NCBI GenBank assembly: GCA_947258705.1
Contig: CAMYJA010000007.1
Coordinates: 211,695-275,694, forward strand
Direction: 5' to 3'
From: an uncultured Hyphomicrobiaceae bacterium
GTDB lineage: Bacteria; Pseudomonadota; Alphaproteobacteria; Rhizobiales; CAMYJA01
Length of the DNA stretch: 64,000 nt
Positions 11,500 to 22,410 of this stretch are shown one piece after another. The notes under the pieces are model-generated. The model saw nothing but the letters and a program-made list of their open reading frames with translations, was not told the origin of the DNA and did not search any database. The number at the start of each line of letters is the position of its first letter. The stretch's first letter is position 1. The position numbers were made by a program, and so were the translations under genes.

Positions 11500-14159
11500 C
11501 CGGCCAGCATTTCGCGTATGGCGGCTATTGCGTTTTCGGCCTTGGCTCCGTCCGGACCCCCTGCCTGGGCCATATCGGCGCGGCCGCCACCGCCCTTGCC
11601 GCCCATGGCCTCGGCGCCCGCGCGAACCAGATCTACAGCGTCAAATTCTTGTGTCAGATCGTCGGTTACGCCGACCACGATACCAGCCTTGCCGTCATCG
11701 CTCAGACCGATAATGGTGACGATGCCGGAGCCGATTTCGCGCTTTCCGTCATCGACCAGGCCGCGCAGATCCTTGGGCGAAATGCCTGTCAGCGTCCTAG
11801 CCAGGAATTTCGTGCTTCCCAGTTTTTCCACCACCTCGCCCGCACCGTTTTTTGAAGCGCCGCCGAGCGCCAGGGCGCGTTTTGCATCGTCAAGCTGCTT
11901 TTGCAGCGATTTACGTTCCTCGACGACCGACTTCAGGCGCTCGAGCATATTTTCTGGGCTGGTTTTCAGAACTGCAGCCCCCTCGCGCAGACGTTCCTTC
12001 TGGGCGATGAGATATTCGCGCGCGCCCGTTGCAGTCAGCGCTTCGATGCGGCGCACGCCCGACGAGACGGCCGCTTCAGAAACGATATGGAGTAGACCGA
12101 TATCGCCCGTTCGCGATACGTGGGTGCCGCCGCAAAGCTCGATCGAATAGGCGGACCGGTCGCCATGCCCCTCCAGGGCCGTCCCCATGGAGACCACTCT
12201 GACTTCGTCTCCGTATTTTTCGCCAAAGAGCGCCATCGCCCCCACCTCATGGGCGTCGTCGAGCGCCATCAGACGGGTTTCAACGGGCGCGTTTTGCAGA
12301 ATGATACGGTTTGACAAGCGTTCTATTTCGTCCAGTTCATCGGGGCTTACAGGCTTGGGGTGCGAGAAATCGAAACGCAGCCTGCCGGGACTGACCAGCG
12401 ATCCTTTCTGCGTGACATGATCGCCGAGGACCTGACGCAGAGCCTCGTGCATAATATGCGTGGCCGAATGGTTGGCCCGTGTCGCTGTGCGCGCCTTGTG
12501 GTTGACGTTGAGGGTTGCGGTCTGGCCCGCTTTAAACGGCCCCTTATCGACTCTGCCCTGGTGGACAATCAGATCGCCGGCCTTTTTCCTGGTATCGGTA
12601 ACTGTGAAAAGCGCCTTTTCAAAAATGATCGTCCCGGTATCGCCGACCTGCCCGCCCGACTCGCCATAGAAGGGGGTCTGGTTGGTGATGATCTCGCCTT
12701 CGTCGCCCTTTTTAAGCGCCTTGACGGGTTTGCCCTTGCGGATCACGGCGACAATTTCCCCTTCCGCCTGTTCAGCTTCATAGCCGAGGAATTCGGTGGC
12801 GCCGAACCGGTCCCTGAGGTCGAACCACAATTCTTCCGTCGCCTCATCGCCGGAACCGACCCAGGCCTTCCTCGCCTCGGCCTTCTGACGGGCCATGGCC
12901 TGTTCGAATTTTTTCCAGCCGACGGTGATCTTGCGCGCCTTGAGCGCGTCCTCCGTCAGGTCGAGCGGGAAGCCGTATGTATCGTAGAGCTTGAAGGCGA
13001 TATCGCCCGAGAGTTCGTCTCCCTCCTGCAAGTCCGCAACTTCCTCTTCGAGCAGGGAAAGTCCACGGGCCAGCGTACCGGCGAAACGGCTTTCTTCAAG
13101 CTTGAGAGTTTCGGTTATAAGCGCATTGGCGCGGAGAAGTTCCGGGTAGGCCTGTCCCATTTCGCGGATGAGTGCGGGCACCAGGCGATACATGAGCGGT
13201 TCCTTGGCGCCAAGAATGTGGGCCTGGCGCATGGCCCGGCGCATGATACGGCGGAGCACGTAGCCGCGCCCTTCATTGGACGGCAGGACACCGTCGGCTA
13301 TGAGAAAGCTTGATGCGCGCAGATGATCGGCAATGATCCTGTGGGGCACCTTGAAGTCGCCTTTGGCCTTGATGCCGGTTTCTTCAACGGACGCTTTGAT
13401 CAGTGTTCGGAAGAGGTCCGTCTCGTAATTATCGTAATTGCCCTGCATCACCGCGGCCATGCGCTCCAGTCCCATACCGGTGTCGATGGAGGGTTTTGGC
13501 AAGCTGACGCGCTTGCTTTTGCTTAATTGCTCATATTGCATGAATACGAGATTCCAGATCTCGACAAAGCGGTCGCCGTCTTCATCCACGCTACCGGGCG
13601 GGCCGCCGGGAATCTTGTCGCCATGATCGAAAAAGATCTCGGAGCATGGGCCGCATGGCCCTGTTTCCCCCATCGACCAGAAATTGTCGGATGTTGAAAT
13701 CGGAATAATCCGCTCTTTCGGCAGGCCCGCAATTTTTTCCCAGAGCTGGCCGGCTTCCTCGTCTTCCGAAAAAATCGTGACAGTCAACCGTTTCGGATCG
13801 AGGTCGAATTCCTTCGTGATCAGGTTCCAGGCGAGCTCGATGGCGCGCTCCTTGAAATAATCGCCGAAGGAGAAGTTTCCGAGCATTTCAAAAAACGTAT
13901 GATGGCGGGCCGTGAAGCCGACATTGTCGAGATCATTGTGCTTGCCGCCGGCGCGGACGCATTTCTGGGACGATGCGGCCTGCGTGTAGCTTCGCTTTTC
14001 CGCGCCCGTGAATACGTTCTTGAACTGCACCATGCCCGCATTGGTGAACATAAGTGTCGGATCATTGTGGGGCACGAGCGGGCTCGAGGGCACGATTTCA
14101 TGACCGTTTTTCCGAAAATATTCGAGAAATGTGCCGCGTATGTCGTTGACGCCCGTCAT
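11496..14159 (-). CDS. alaS: Alanine--tRNA ligase
   Basis: [41 protein letters not shown] and GGKGGG motifs; start chosen at MTGVNDIR. Confidence 0.98.
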   Translation of the reverse strand: MTGVNDIRGTFLEYFRKNGHEIVPSSPLVPHNDPTLMFTNAGMVQFKNVFTGAEKRSYTQAASSQKCVRAGGKHNDLDNVGFTARHHTFFEMLGNFSFGDYFKERAIELAWNLITKEFDLDPKRLTVTIFSEDEEAGQLWEKIAGLPKERIIPISTSDNFWSMGETGPCGPCSEIFFDHGDKIPGGPPGSVDEDGDRFVEIWNLVFMQYEQLSKSKRVSLPKPSIDTGMGLERMAAVMQGNYDNYETDLFRTLIKASVEETGIKAKGDFKVPHRIIADHLRASSFLIADGVLPSNEGRGYVLRRIMRRAMRQAHILGAKEPLMYRLVPALIREMGQAYPELLRANALITETLKLEESRFAGTLARGLSLLEEEVADLQEGDELSGDIAFKLYDTYGFPLDLTEDALKARKITVGWKKFEQAMARQKAEARKAWVGSGDEATEELWFDLRDRFGATEFLGYEAEQAEGEIVAVIRKGKPVKALKKGDEGEIITNQTPFYGESGGQVGDTGTIIFEKALFTVTDTRKKAGDLIVHQGRVDKGPFKAGQTATLNVNHKARTATRANHSATHIMHEALRQVLGDHVTQKGSLVSPGRLRFDFSHPKPVSPDELDEIERLSNRIILQNAPVETRLMALDDAHEVGAMALFGEKYGDEVRVVSMGTALEGHGDRSAYSIELCGGTHVSRTGDIGLLHIVSEAAVSSGVRRIEALTATGAREYLIAQKERLREGAAVLKTSPENMLERLKSVVEERKSLQKQLDDAKRALALGGASKNGAGEVVEKLGSTKFLARTLTGISPKDLRGLVDDGKREIGSGIVTIIGLSDDGKAGIVVGVTDDLTQEFDAVDLVRAGAEAMGGKGGGGRADMAQAGGPDGAKAENAIAAIREMLAG

Positions 14160-14585
14160 TGATATTCGTGCCTTTTCCGTGACTTTCGAGTCCGCTCCGG
14201 GACTTTCGAATCCGCGGCTTGAAGTTATGTAAGCAATCCGATTTGGCGCACCAGCGTAATTGCCCGTGCGCGCCTCATACAATCATATCAGATCACATAT
14301 CCGTTTTCGCGTTGCAATAGAGAGATTGCACAGCTCATGAAGCGAGCATATTCGTCCGCCACAGCCCGCACACTCGTTGTTTTTCCGCCCACGCCGCATT
14401 GCCAGGGCCCTGTTCTTACTGGGGGTTCTAGCGCTCCCGATTAAGACTGTCCAGCGGGCATATTGACCGGGAACGCCCAGCTATCGCTAGTCTGCCCGGC
14501 GGTCCCGCGGCCTCGCCGCGGCGGGCAATTCCAGCATGGCCGTTCCGCGCTCGCGGGCGATGAATTTCTGAGGGCTTTTGAAATC

Positions 14586-14618
14586 AAAAAGACCCGCGGC
14601 ATTTTCATGCTGCGGGTC
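14586..14618 (-). terminator. Rho-independent terminator after recA
   Basis: Minus strand reads GACCCGCAGCAT-GAAA-ATGCCGCGGGTC followed by TTTTT. Confidence 0.8.
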
Positions 14619-14734
14619 AATTGTTTCCTGTTATGCATTGCCGGGCCGGCGTCGGCGCTTATGCCTCTTTGACCTGAGATGACATCCTGCCGGAGAGGAC
14701 ATCTTGTCAGGGAGGGCAGAGATCAGCCGCAGGC

Positions 14735-15847
14735 TTAACCGGTTGCCACGTCCTTCTTGGCCTCGCTGTTTTCGCCCGCCGCCTCGTCCTCTTCAGGTTC
14801 GGGCTCGCCCATGATCTGCTCGGCGATGAGGCCGGCATTCTGGCGGATGGCGCGTTCGATCTCATCGGCGATATCGGGGTTTTCCAGAAGGAACGTCTTG
14901 GCGTTCTCGCGGCCCTGGCCGACGCGCTGGCCATTATAGGAGAACCAGGAACCGGACTTCTCGACAATGTCGCCTTTGACTCCGAGATCCAGAATCTCGC
15001 CCATTTTGGAAATACCCTGGCCATACATGATGTCGAACTCGACCTGACGGAAGGGCGGCGCCACCTTGTTTTTGACGACCTTGACGCGGGTCTGGTTGCC
15101 AACGACCTCGTCGCCGGCCTTGATCTGGCCGATGCGGCGGATATCGAGCCGGACGGAGGAATAGAATTTCAGGGCATTGCCGCCGGTCGTCGTTTCGGGG
15201 CTGCCGAACATGACGCCGATCTTGTGGCGAATCTGATTGATGAAAATCACCATGGTGTGCGATTTGGAAATGGAGCTTGTCAGCTTGCGCATGGCCTGGC
15301 TCATGAGGCGCGCCTGAAGACCCGGCAGGCTGTCGCCCATTTCGCCTTCAAGCTCGGCGCGGGGCGTCAATGCGGCGACCGAGTCGATCACCAGAATATC
15401 AACCGCGCCGGAGCGGACCAGCGTGTCGGTAATTTCCAGCGCCTGCTCTCCGGTGTCGGGCTGCGAAATCAACAGATCATTGACATTGACGCCGAGCTTG
15501 CGGGCGTATACCGGATCGAGCGCGTGCTCGGCATCGACGAAGGCCGCCGTGCCGCCGGCTTTCTGCGCTTCGGCGACCGCGTGGAGCGTGAGCGTCGTCT
15601 TGCCGGACGATTCCGGCCCGTAGACCTCGATCACCCGGCCTTTCGGCAGACCGCCTATGCCGAGGGCAATGTCGAGGCCCAATGAGCCGGTGGAGATGGC
15701 TTCGACATCCATCGCCTGAAGGCCTTCGCCAAGACGCATGATCGAGCCTTTTCCAAAATTGCGCTCAATCTGCGACAATGCGGCATCCAACGCCTTCTGT
15801 TTATCCATAATACTCCCCTCTATTACCCGGAGCTCCGGTTTGGTCAT
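14735..15847 (-). CDS. recA: Recombinase RecA
   Basis: [29 protein letters not shown] and GGNALKFY motifs. Confidence 0.99.
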   Translation of the reverse strand: MTKPELRVIEGSIMDKQKALDAALSQIERNFGKGSIMRLGEGLQAMDVEAISTGSLGLDIALGIGGLPKGRVIEVYGPESSGKTTLTLHAVAEAQKAGGTAAFVDAEHALDPVYARKLGVNVNDLLISQPDTGEQALEITDTLVRSGAVDILVIDSVAALTPRAELEGEMGDSLPGLQARLMSQAMRKLTSSISKSHTMVIFINQIRHKIGVMFGSPETTTGGNALKFYSSVRLDIRRIGQIKAGDEVVGNQTRVKVVKNKVAPPFRQVEFDIMYGQGISKMGEILDLGVKGDIVEKSGSWFSYNGQRVGQGRENAKTFLLENPDIADEIERAIRQNAGLIAEQIMGEPEPEEDEAAGENSEAKKDVATG

Positions 15848-15898
15848 AAGCCTGTCCCTTTATTTCATGAGTCTATGATAATGGCAATCGAGGTAAAT

Positions 15899-15913
15899 GT
15901 ACATGATTTGTTC
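15899..15913 (-). promoter_or_regulatory. Alphaproteobacterial LexA (SOS) box GAAC-N7-GTAC
   Basis: Plus strand GTAC-ATGATTT-GTTC, upstream of recA; matches the known alpha-type recA SOS box. Confidence 0.85.
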
Positions 15914-15968
15914 TCATTGACAAGATTATCGCATAACTCATTGTTACTGCTGGATAATTCATCCACAT

Positions 15969-15983
15969 GTTTGCCTTATGTTC
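15969..15983 (-). promoter_or_regulatory. Second, imperfect LexA box (GTTT-N7-GTTC)
   Basis: One mismatch to GTTC-N7-GTTC, 70 bp from the first box. Confidence 0.5.
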
Positions 15984-16205
15984 TAAATTTTCAGGCGAAT
16001 CAGGGACGTTGATTCGGCTTCGGCCTTGGCATGTTCACGATTACCTCTTCTGACCGGCTGTTGGGTTCCAGGAATGCTGACATACCGGCTTCCATCCGGA
16101 CTAAGTCCAAAGCCGTCATTTCATCACAACCTGCCGCAAAATCGTCAGGCAGAGGGCTGTGGGGTCGTATATCACCTGATACCGCACCGGATCGGCTAAG
16201 TGACA

Positions 16206-16231
16206 TGGGTCCCGGCCTTCGCCGGGATGAC
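16206..16231. repeat. REP-like palindrome (GTCATCCCGGCGAAGGCCGGGACCCA on the minus strand)
   Basis: Hairpin TCCCGGC-CTTC-GCCGGGA; resembles common alphaproteobacterial intergenic palindromes. Confidence 0.65.
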
Positions 16232-16340
16232 GGCGTTTTTTGTTTAATGACGCGCTGCTTGATTTGAGACCGTAATCGTTTTCCCGTTCACCGACACATG
16301 CTAAGAGGGACGGGTCATTCAACAATCGGACAAGTCCGCC

Positions 16341-17516
16341 ATGTTCATCAATTTCTTTCATGAACTGAAATCGGCCAAGCTGCCCGTCACGCTAAAGGAG
16401 TACCTGACGCTGATGGAGGCGATGGACGCCGATCTCGCCTCCGCCCGTGTCGAGGATTTCTATTATCTCTCGCGCGCCACGCTCATCAAGGATGAGCGGC
16501 ATCTCGACAAGTTCGACCGGGTGTTCGGACATGTGTTCGGCGGGCTCGACCTCATGCAGGACGTGGCCGACGCCGAAATCCCCGATGAGTGGCTCAAGAG
16601 CGTGGGCGCGCTTTACCTCTCGGATGAGGAAAAGGCGCTCGTCGAGGAAATGGGCGGCTGGGAAAAAATCATGGAGGCGCTGAAAGAGCGCCTTGCCGAA
16701 CAGGACGAACGTCACGAAGGCGGCAATAAATGGATCGGCACGGGCGGCACCTCGCCTTTTGGCGCGGACGGGTACAATCCGATGGGCGTGCGCATCGGCC
16801 AGAAAGGCAACAGGCATTTCCGCGCGGTCAAGGTTTGGGACAAGCGCGAATACAAGGATCTCGACGACAGCATCGAGCTGGGCACGCGGAACATCAAGGT
16901 GGCCCTCAGGCGGCTCCGGCGCTTTACCCGCCAGGGCGTTCCCGATGAGCTCGATCTAGACCAGACGATCCGTTCGACAGCGCATCAGGGCTATCTCGAT
17001 CTCCAGTTCAGGCCCGAACGCCGGAACAGCATCAAGGTTCTGATGTTTTTCGATATCGGCGGGTCGATGGACGGGCACGTCAGGAGCGCGCAGGAGCTGT
17101 TCTCCGCCGCCCGGACGGAGTTCAAGCATCTCGAATATTTCTATTTTCACAACTGCCTTTACGATTTTGTCTGGAAGGACAATGCAAGGCGCTGGTCCGA
17201 CAAGAACCCCACCTGGGATGTGCTGCATACCTTCCCGTCCGACTATAAGGTCATCTTTGTCGGCGACGCGTCGATGAGCCCCTATGAAATAACGATCCCG
17301 GGCGGCTCGGTGGAATATATGAACGACGAGCCCGGATCAATATGGATGCAGCGCGTTCTCGATGTATATGAGCACGCGATCTGGCTCAATCCCGTGCCCG
17401 AGGAACACTGGAACTGGACCCCGTCTATCGGCATCATGAAGGAATTGATGGAGGAGCGTATGTTCCCCCTGACCATTCGCGGCCTTGATCGCGGCATGCA
17501 GGAATTGATGCGGTGA
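16341..17516 (+). CDS. VWA-domain (CoxE-like) protein
   Basis: MIDAS-like DIGGSM, GGNKWIGTGGTSPFG, FVGDASM and WLNP motifs. Confidence 0.88.
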   Translation: MFINFFHELKSAKLPVTLKEYLTLMEAMDADLASARVEDFYYLSRATLIKDERHLDKFDRVFGHVFGGLDLMQDVADAEIPDEWLKSVGALYLSDEEKALVEEMGGWEKIMEALKERLAEQDERHEGGNKWIGTGGTSPFGADGYNPMGVRIGQKGNRHFRAVKVWDKREYKDLDDSIELGTRNIKVALRRLRRFTRQGVPDELDLDQTIRSTAHQGYLDLQFRPERRNSIKVLMFFDIGGSMDGHVRSAQELFSAARTEFKHLEYFYFHNCLYDFVWKDNARRWSDKNPTWDVLHTFPSDYKVIFVGDASMSPYEITIPGGSVEYMNDEPGSIWMQRVLDVYEHAIWLNPVPEEHWNWTPSIGIMKELMEERMFPLTIRGLDRGMQELMR

Positions 17517-17659
17517 GGGCAAAATATGTGGGCCAGGCATGCCCACCGATTGACACAGTTTGGGTGCAGAACTAGCCTGACATGAATATGAGAGAAATGC
17601 TCAAGGTTCTGTCCCTGGGCCGTCTCTCAAGGGTGATGCTTGATGGGGGTTATCTCGTT

Positions 17660-18208
17660 ATGTTTGCGCGAAAGACATCTCTGGTTTTTCTCACATTCGT
17701 TGTGACGGCTGGACTGGCCGGGTGCGGCGGTACGGGGCCTGGCAATCTGCCTGTGGTCGGCGGGCTCTTTGGCGGCGCTGCGGAAAAGACAGCCGGCGAT
17801 GACGGCTGGGCGCCGGCGCCGGTCATCACGCCGGAATCGCGCGCCATTCAGGTCGCCTACACTTCCGTGAAAGCAGAAAAATGCGGTTTTGTGTTTGATC
17901 CCAACCAGCTGCGCTCATCGTTTTTGGCGGCGGAAGCCCGGACATCCGCCGATCCAGCATCGCTGACCAAGACTGAGCGTGCTTATGATTACACAGCAAA
18001 AAATATTTCAGCGCGCATTGGCCCGGTAGAGAATTATTGCTCGGATGCAAGAACCAGGGTTATCAAATCTGATCTCAAGCGCCATCTGGCGGGTGATTTC
18101 AATCCGCCCCCGCCCAAACGCGGTAAAAAGACCGTCGTCTATAAAGAAGAGGGCGATACCAGACCGATTACGCAAGGCGAGGCGTTCGGCGAGGCCTTCG
18201 AAAGATGA
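17660..18208 (+). CDS. Hypothetical lipoprotein
   Basis: Signal peptide with lipobox LAGC; start chosen at MFARK. Confidence 0.75.
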   Translation: MFARKTSLVFLTFVVTAGLAGCGGTGPGNLPVVGGLFGGAAEKTAGDDGWAPAPVITPESRAIQVAYTSVKAEKCGFVFDPNQLRSSFLAAEARTSADPASLTKTERAYDYTAKNISARIGPVENYCSDARTRVIKSDLKRHLAGDFNPPPPKRGKKTVVYKEEGDTRPITQGEAFGEAFER

Positions 18209-18300
18209 GCCCCCGAGAACGGCGAAACATGAGTTTTTTCGTTTTCGACCTCCGAATCTGAACCGGACAATTTTTCCGAATTGATCAAGGGGGCTGCCGC

Positions 18301-18666
18301 ATGCTGGATCAAATTCTCTGGGTCAATGCGCTCATCTGCCTTGCCGCCGGTGCGGCTCTCATTCTCGTTCCCAAAATCACCATCCGCGCACTGGGCCTGC
18401 CTGCCACCATGCAATACTTTTATGTGCGTCTTTTCGGCGCCGCGCTCATCGGCATCGCTTTGTCGATCATTATTGAAAGAGCAAGCGTTCATTCGATCGG
18501 TCTCGGGGCGGGAGGCGCCATTGCCTTGAATTTCACAGCCGCAATAACGCTGGCGCTGCAGCTGATGCTCGTCCGGACCGGCATGACGGTCAGAGGGCGG
18601 ATCCTATTGTGGGCCCTCGTGTTCATCCTCGGTTTTATCGGCTTTGTCCTGATCGCCTATACCTGA
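18301..18666 (+). CDS. Small four-TM membrane protein
   Basis: Four hydrophobic segments; AAGGGGG RBS upstream. Confidence 0.75.
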   Translation: MLDQILWVNALICLAAGAALILVPKITIRALGLPATMQYFYVRLFGAALIGIALSIIIERASVHSIGLGAGGAIALNFTAAITLALQLMLVRTGMTVRGRILLWALVFILGFIGFVLIAYT

Positions 18667-18763
18667 TCGCCGCATACCTTCCATCCTCTTCCGACAACTG
18701 CCAGGCCCGGGCCCGCCAGAGGCTGAAAATAATCCAGGAATTAACCCTGCAGGGAACCCTGAA

Positions 18764-18778
18764 TGGCACAGGATTTGC
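18764..18778 (+). promoter_or_regulatory. Sigma54 (-24/-12) promoter TGGCAC-N5-TTGC
   Basis: TGGCAC-AGGAT-TTGC 38 bp upstream of the GNAT gene. Confidence 0.7.
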
Positions 18779-18816
18779 CAGTTGATCCTTAGTTTTCAAC
18801 CGGGAAACAAGGACGT

Positions 18817-20061
18817 ATGGCGCTTAAAGACCATCAATTCGATGACGCGGACCGGCTAGCGGTGTCGGCGGATCGTGCCGCTCATTCCCGATTTGAGACA
18901 TATGGGGTCAAAGAGGGCGCGCAGTTCGCCGTTGAAACCATCGAACAGGTTTCGCGATTTGAAGAACTCGAGCCATATTGGAACGATCTTTACACGCGCA
19001 TCGCGTCGCCCAAACATGTTTTCCAGACGTTCAACTGGCATTGGCACTGGTGCAATCACTATTTTCACGGCAGCGGAATGAAACTGCGGATTGTCGCCGT
19101 CTGGTCCGATGACCGCCTGGTCATGGTCTGGCCGCTACTGATCAAGCGCTCGCTCGGTGTGCGTCAGCTGCAATTCATGGGCGCACCCGTCTCGCAATAT
19201 GGCGACGTCCTGGTCGATGAGGGGCATGCCGGCGGCGATCTCCTCACCGACGTCTGGAATTATATCCAGCGGCATATAAAAGCCGATGTAATCGCGCTCG
19301 AAAAGGTCCGGGGCGATAGCCCGGCCGCTCCACTCCTGAAGTCGAAGCCAGGCATCGTCACGAGCTGCGCGGAGGCGCCCTTTCTCGACCTCGCTTCGGC
19401 CAGCGACTATGCGAATTACGAAATGCGCTTTTCGGGCCGTACACGAAAAAACAGGCGTCGTCAGCGCCGGCGGCTGGGCGAATTGGGACCCGTCCGGTTT
19501 CAAACACTGACCGAGGGTCCGGTGGCGCAAAAAATGGTCGGTCAGGCCATTTTTTGCAAGCGTGAATGGCTGAAGAAAAGGGGATTTGTGTCGCGGGCCT
19601 TCGCGGATGCAAAGTTCGATGCGTTTTTTACCGATGTCGCCGGCTCGGTCGATCGACCCACGGGTTGCATTGTCGGCCTTCTCTATTCCAATTCAAGGCC
19701 GGTGGCCTATGACATCGGTTTTTATTCGGGCAATAACATCGTTGCGCATATCGGCGCTTATGACGGCGAATATGAGCGCTTTGGCCCCGGCGGGCTCCTG
19801 ACCGAAAATACGCTTAAATATTGCTATGAGCGGGGCATTGAGCACTACGACTTCATGGCTCCGAAAGCGGATTATAAAATGTCCTGGGCCGATGGCTGTG
19901 TGGAGGTCTGCGACTATGCCTATCCCCTGAGCGGCATCGGCTCGGCTTATGCGAGGGGCATCTTATGGTTCGTCCGCAATGCGATCAAAAACGTGCTCGC
20001 ATATCTCCCCGTCAGCGCGCGCCGTCTGACACACCGGCTTTTTCGGGTGGTCGGATACTAA
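18817..20061 (+). CDS. GNAT family N-acetyltransferase (CelD/BcsL-like)
   Basis: VFQTFNW, PVSQYGD, RKNRRRQRRRL, FGPGGLL and DFMAPKADYKMSW motifs. Confidence 0.85.
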   Translation: MALKDHQFDDADRLAVSADRAAHSRFETYGVKEGAQFAVETIEQVSRFEELEPYWNDLYTRIASPKHVFQTFNWHWHWCNHYFHGSGMKLRIVAVWSDDRLVMVWPLLIKRSLGVRQLQFMGAPVSQYGDVLVDEGHAGGDLLTDVWNYIQRHIKADVIALEKVRGDSPAAPLLKSKPGIVTSCAEAPFLDLASASDYANYEMRFSGRTRKNRRRQRRRLGELGPVRFQTLTEGPVAQKMVGQAIFCKREWLKKRGFVSRAFADAKFDAFFTDVAGSVDRPTGCIVGLLYSNSRPVAYDIGFYSGNNIVAHIGAYDGEYERFGPGGLLTENTLKYCYERGIEHYDFMAPKADYKMSWADGCVEVCDYAYPLSGIGSAYARGILWFVRNAIKNVLAYLPVSARRLTHRLFRVVGY

Positions 20062-20094
20062 CCCTTGTCAGCCCGCATCATCCTGTAAATGCAA

Positions 20095-20730
20095 TCAGCT
20101 CGGAATTGCCTCGCCGCGATAGTGAAAGCCGATCAACGCCGGCGTATGGGGCAATGTGTAATTCTCCAGACTGGATATCTCGAAGCCCGCGTCTTGAATC
20201 AGCCCGGCAATGTTGCGGTTGAGGTTGCAGCCGCCCGCGAGTTTCTTCCATAGCGGATTCAGGCGGTCCTGCCATTTGACGGTTCCGGGATTTGTCGAGC
20301 GGCCATGCTCGCAGAAAAGAAGGCGGCCGCCCGGCTTTAAAACACGACGGATTTCGGCCAGAGCCAGTTCGGGACGCGGGATTGTGCAGAAACTGTAGGT
20401 CACGAGCGCCGTGTCGGCGCTGGCCGTCTCGAGCGACATGTCCTCGGCGCTTTCCTGCCGGACCTCGATTTCGAAATCCGCATTGTCCCATCTCTTTCTG
20501 CCGATTTCATTGAGCTTGGGATCCGGGTCGATACCGATGACCGCCCTGACCTTGCCGGGATCGTAATGGGGAACGTTTAAACCCGATCCTATGCCCACTT
20601 CGAGCACCACGCCCGCCGCTTTAGGCACGATCTTGCGCCGCTGTTCAGCGATCACGCCGAGCGAACAGGCGCCATGCACGAGATAGGGCGCGATATGTCG
20701 GCTGTAAAAGCCGGGTTTCGATGGGCACAT
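20095..20730 (-). CDS. Class I SAM-dependent methyltransferase
   Basis: VLEVGIGSGLN motif I; RVLKPGGRLLFCEHG motif. Confidence 0.92.
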   Translation of the reverse strand: MCPSKPGFYSRHIAPYLVHGACSLGVIAEQRRKIVPKAAGVVLEVGIGSGLNVPHYDPGKVRAVIGIDPDPKLNEIGRKRWDNADFEIEVRQESAEDMSLETASADTALVTYSFCTIPRPELALAEIRRVLKPGGRLLFCEHGRSTNPGTVKWQDRLNPLWKKLAGGCNLNRNIAGLIQDAGFEISSLENYTLPHTPALIGFHYRGEAIPS

Positions 20731-20805
20731 GGGCGTCTTCCCGTCGGTGCGTTGAGAAATGTACGACGATCAGCTTCTGATATGGGGCGCCTCCGCGCTT
20801 TTGGC

Positions 20806-20978
20806 AAATGGCGGGTGCATTGGGGACAGCATTGGTGGAGGGCAGCATCGATTAAGGGCCGTTAACCGCCGGGTGCCATCTCAGTCCTTTGCGCGAATGG
20901 CCTCCGGTTCCGCTCAAGATGCAAAACCAGCCGATTGAGGTTTTACGTTGCAAGGGCTGTTCGTCACACTAAGCAGAA
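20806..20978. repeat. ~170-bp direct repeat, copy 1 (ends in a degenerate double-palindrome site)
   Basis: Aligns by eye with 24173-24351 with scattered substitutions; CCTTTGCGCGAATGGCCTCCGGTTCCGCTCA is identical in both. Confidence 0.95.
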
Positions 20979-21784
20979 ACCGGAAGTCGCAATGTAACCG
21001 TTGCTCCTTTTTCAGGTCCGTCACTGCATACATAAAGCGCGCCCTGGTGCATTTCCGCGATACGAATAACGGACCACAATCCGAGCCCCGTACTCTTTTC
21101 GCCGCCAGTGGGGCGGGCAGATAGTTTTTGAAACGGCCGTCCGAAGTGAACCAAATCATCGGCTGTAAAACCTTGTCCCTGGTCTCGTATATGGATGAGG
21201 ACGGAGCTTTTCACGCGTCTGATCTCACAGCAAATATGCGTGCCGCACCGTGAATATTTGACGGCGTTGCCGATCAGATTGTCAATTGCTTCCACGAGCA
21301 ACATCTCGTTACAATTAACCAGACCAGCGTGACCGCTAATAGATATGGAGATCCGTTTTTTTTGCGCATTGTCCAAACTTAATTCGACGGCAGCAGCAAC
21401 GAGATCTTTCAACTGACAGGCTTCGAAGGCCATTGGATCTTTGCCGCCCCGAGCAATATCGATAAGTCGTTGCAGCATACCCTCAACCCGGTCCGCTGCA
21501 CGAAGACCGCGATCCAGGATCCTCTCCCTGTTGCGCAAATTGTCGTCCTGAGGTTTTCTGGCCAGAATCTCCAAAACAGATATGATACATGTTAGCGAGT
21601 TGCGTAAATCATGCGCGGTGATCGTCGCAAATTCCAACATTTCATTTTGTTGGTGCCACTGGTTGTCGGCAGCGTTTCCGTGACGCGACGGGCTGGTAAG
21701 ACCGGGATAAGATACCCGCTCATTAGAGCTGTTAATGTCGTGCGGTCTTTGAAGTTGTTCAAACATTCTTCTGGTCCAGGTCAC
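20969..21784 (-). CDS. Histidine kinase with HisKA and HATPase but no evident sensor domain
   Basis: H box AHDLRN, N box NLIGNAVKY, DQGQG and STGLGL motifs. Confidence 0.85.
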   Translation of the reverse strand: MTWTRRMFEQLQRPHDINSSNERVSYPGLTSPSRHGNAADNQWHQQNEMLEFATITAHDLRNSLTCIISVLEILARKPQDDNLRNRERILDRGLRAADRVEGMLQRLIDIARGGKDPMAFEACQLKDLVAAAVELSLDNAQKKRISISISGHAGLVNCNEMLLVEAIDNLIGNAVKYSRCGTHICCEIRRVKSSVLIHIRDQGQGFTADDLVHFGRPFQKLSARPTGGEKSTGLGLWSVIRIAEMHQGALYVCSDGPEKGATVTLRLPVSA

Positions 21785-21898
21785 CGGGCTTATTCGAAAA
21801 TTATTTAGCCGGGTGGGGGTTTCTGTTTTCGGTCATTATCAGTATTCGAGAGCAGCGCAGACGCTGTCTGTTAACTCCCGGATTTTCCGGGATTAGAT

Positions 21899-22249
21899 TC
21901 ACAACAACGCTCTCGGCGGTATGCACGGACTGGCTCGATGCTGTTCAAAATCATCTGATTGCCATGGGGCGCAACCTGTCGGCTTCAATTTTTGCGTCGA
22001 TTTGGATTTGCTGACGATCAGCCGGGCGGCATACCGCAATCCGTCGAGATCGATGTCGTGGGATTCGCTTGCGGCGAGAAGGAAAATGAGACCAAACGCC
22101 CGCAGAACAATTTTGAAACCGGACCTCTCGCGCGCGGTCCTCGCGATCGAGGTCGCGACCGGTGTCTCCACGGTCCGTGCAGTCTCGTCCATGCGTCGTG
22201 CGATCTGATCTTTACATAGCTCGGGATAGACTTTTGCCGGGTCAAACAT
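21899..22249 (-). CDS. Hypothetical protein divergent from LysR
   Basis: 116-aa ORF with AAGG-type RBS upstream; lies behind a LysR box. Confidence 0.5.
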   Translation of the reverse strand: MFDPAKVYPELCKDQIARRMDETARTVETPVATSIARTARERSGFKIVLRAFGLIFLLAASESHDIDLDGLRYAARLIVSKSKSTQKLKPTGCAPWQSDDFEQHRASPCIPPRALL

Positions 22250-22331
22250 TACCTTGTTCCTTGTCAGGTTTGTCGTGACCCAAATATGCGACCGTCTACA
22301 TCTAAACGGAAATACCGATTAGGTCTGAATT

Positions 22332-22350
22332 TGATAGCTAACGTCTATCA
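22332..22350. promoter_or_regulatory. LysR-type operator TGATAG-N7-CTATCA (T-N11-A)
   Basis: Perfect 6-bp arms between the divergent genes. Confidence 0.7.
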
Positions 22351-22410
22351 GACCGTCGGTGACATGATGCTTGACAAAAACTGCCGTCCCGAAGGGAGTT
22401 TTTCAAACCA

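Noticed and set aside
14160-14282. 41-aa N-terminal extension of AlaS in the ORF track
   Set aside because: Family similarity begins at MTGVNDIR (14159); the extension is an upstream-start artefact.
20852-20866. CtrA box within the long repeat (TTAA-GGGCCG-TTAAC)
   Set aside because: The spacer is 6 nt rather than 7, and the second half-site differs in copy 2.
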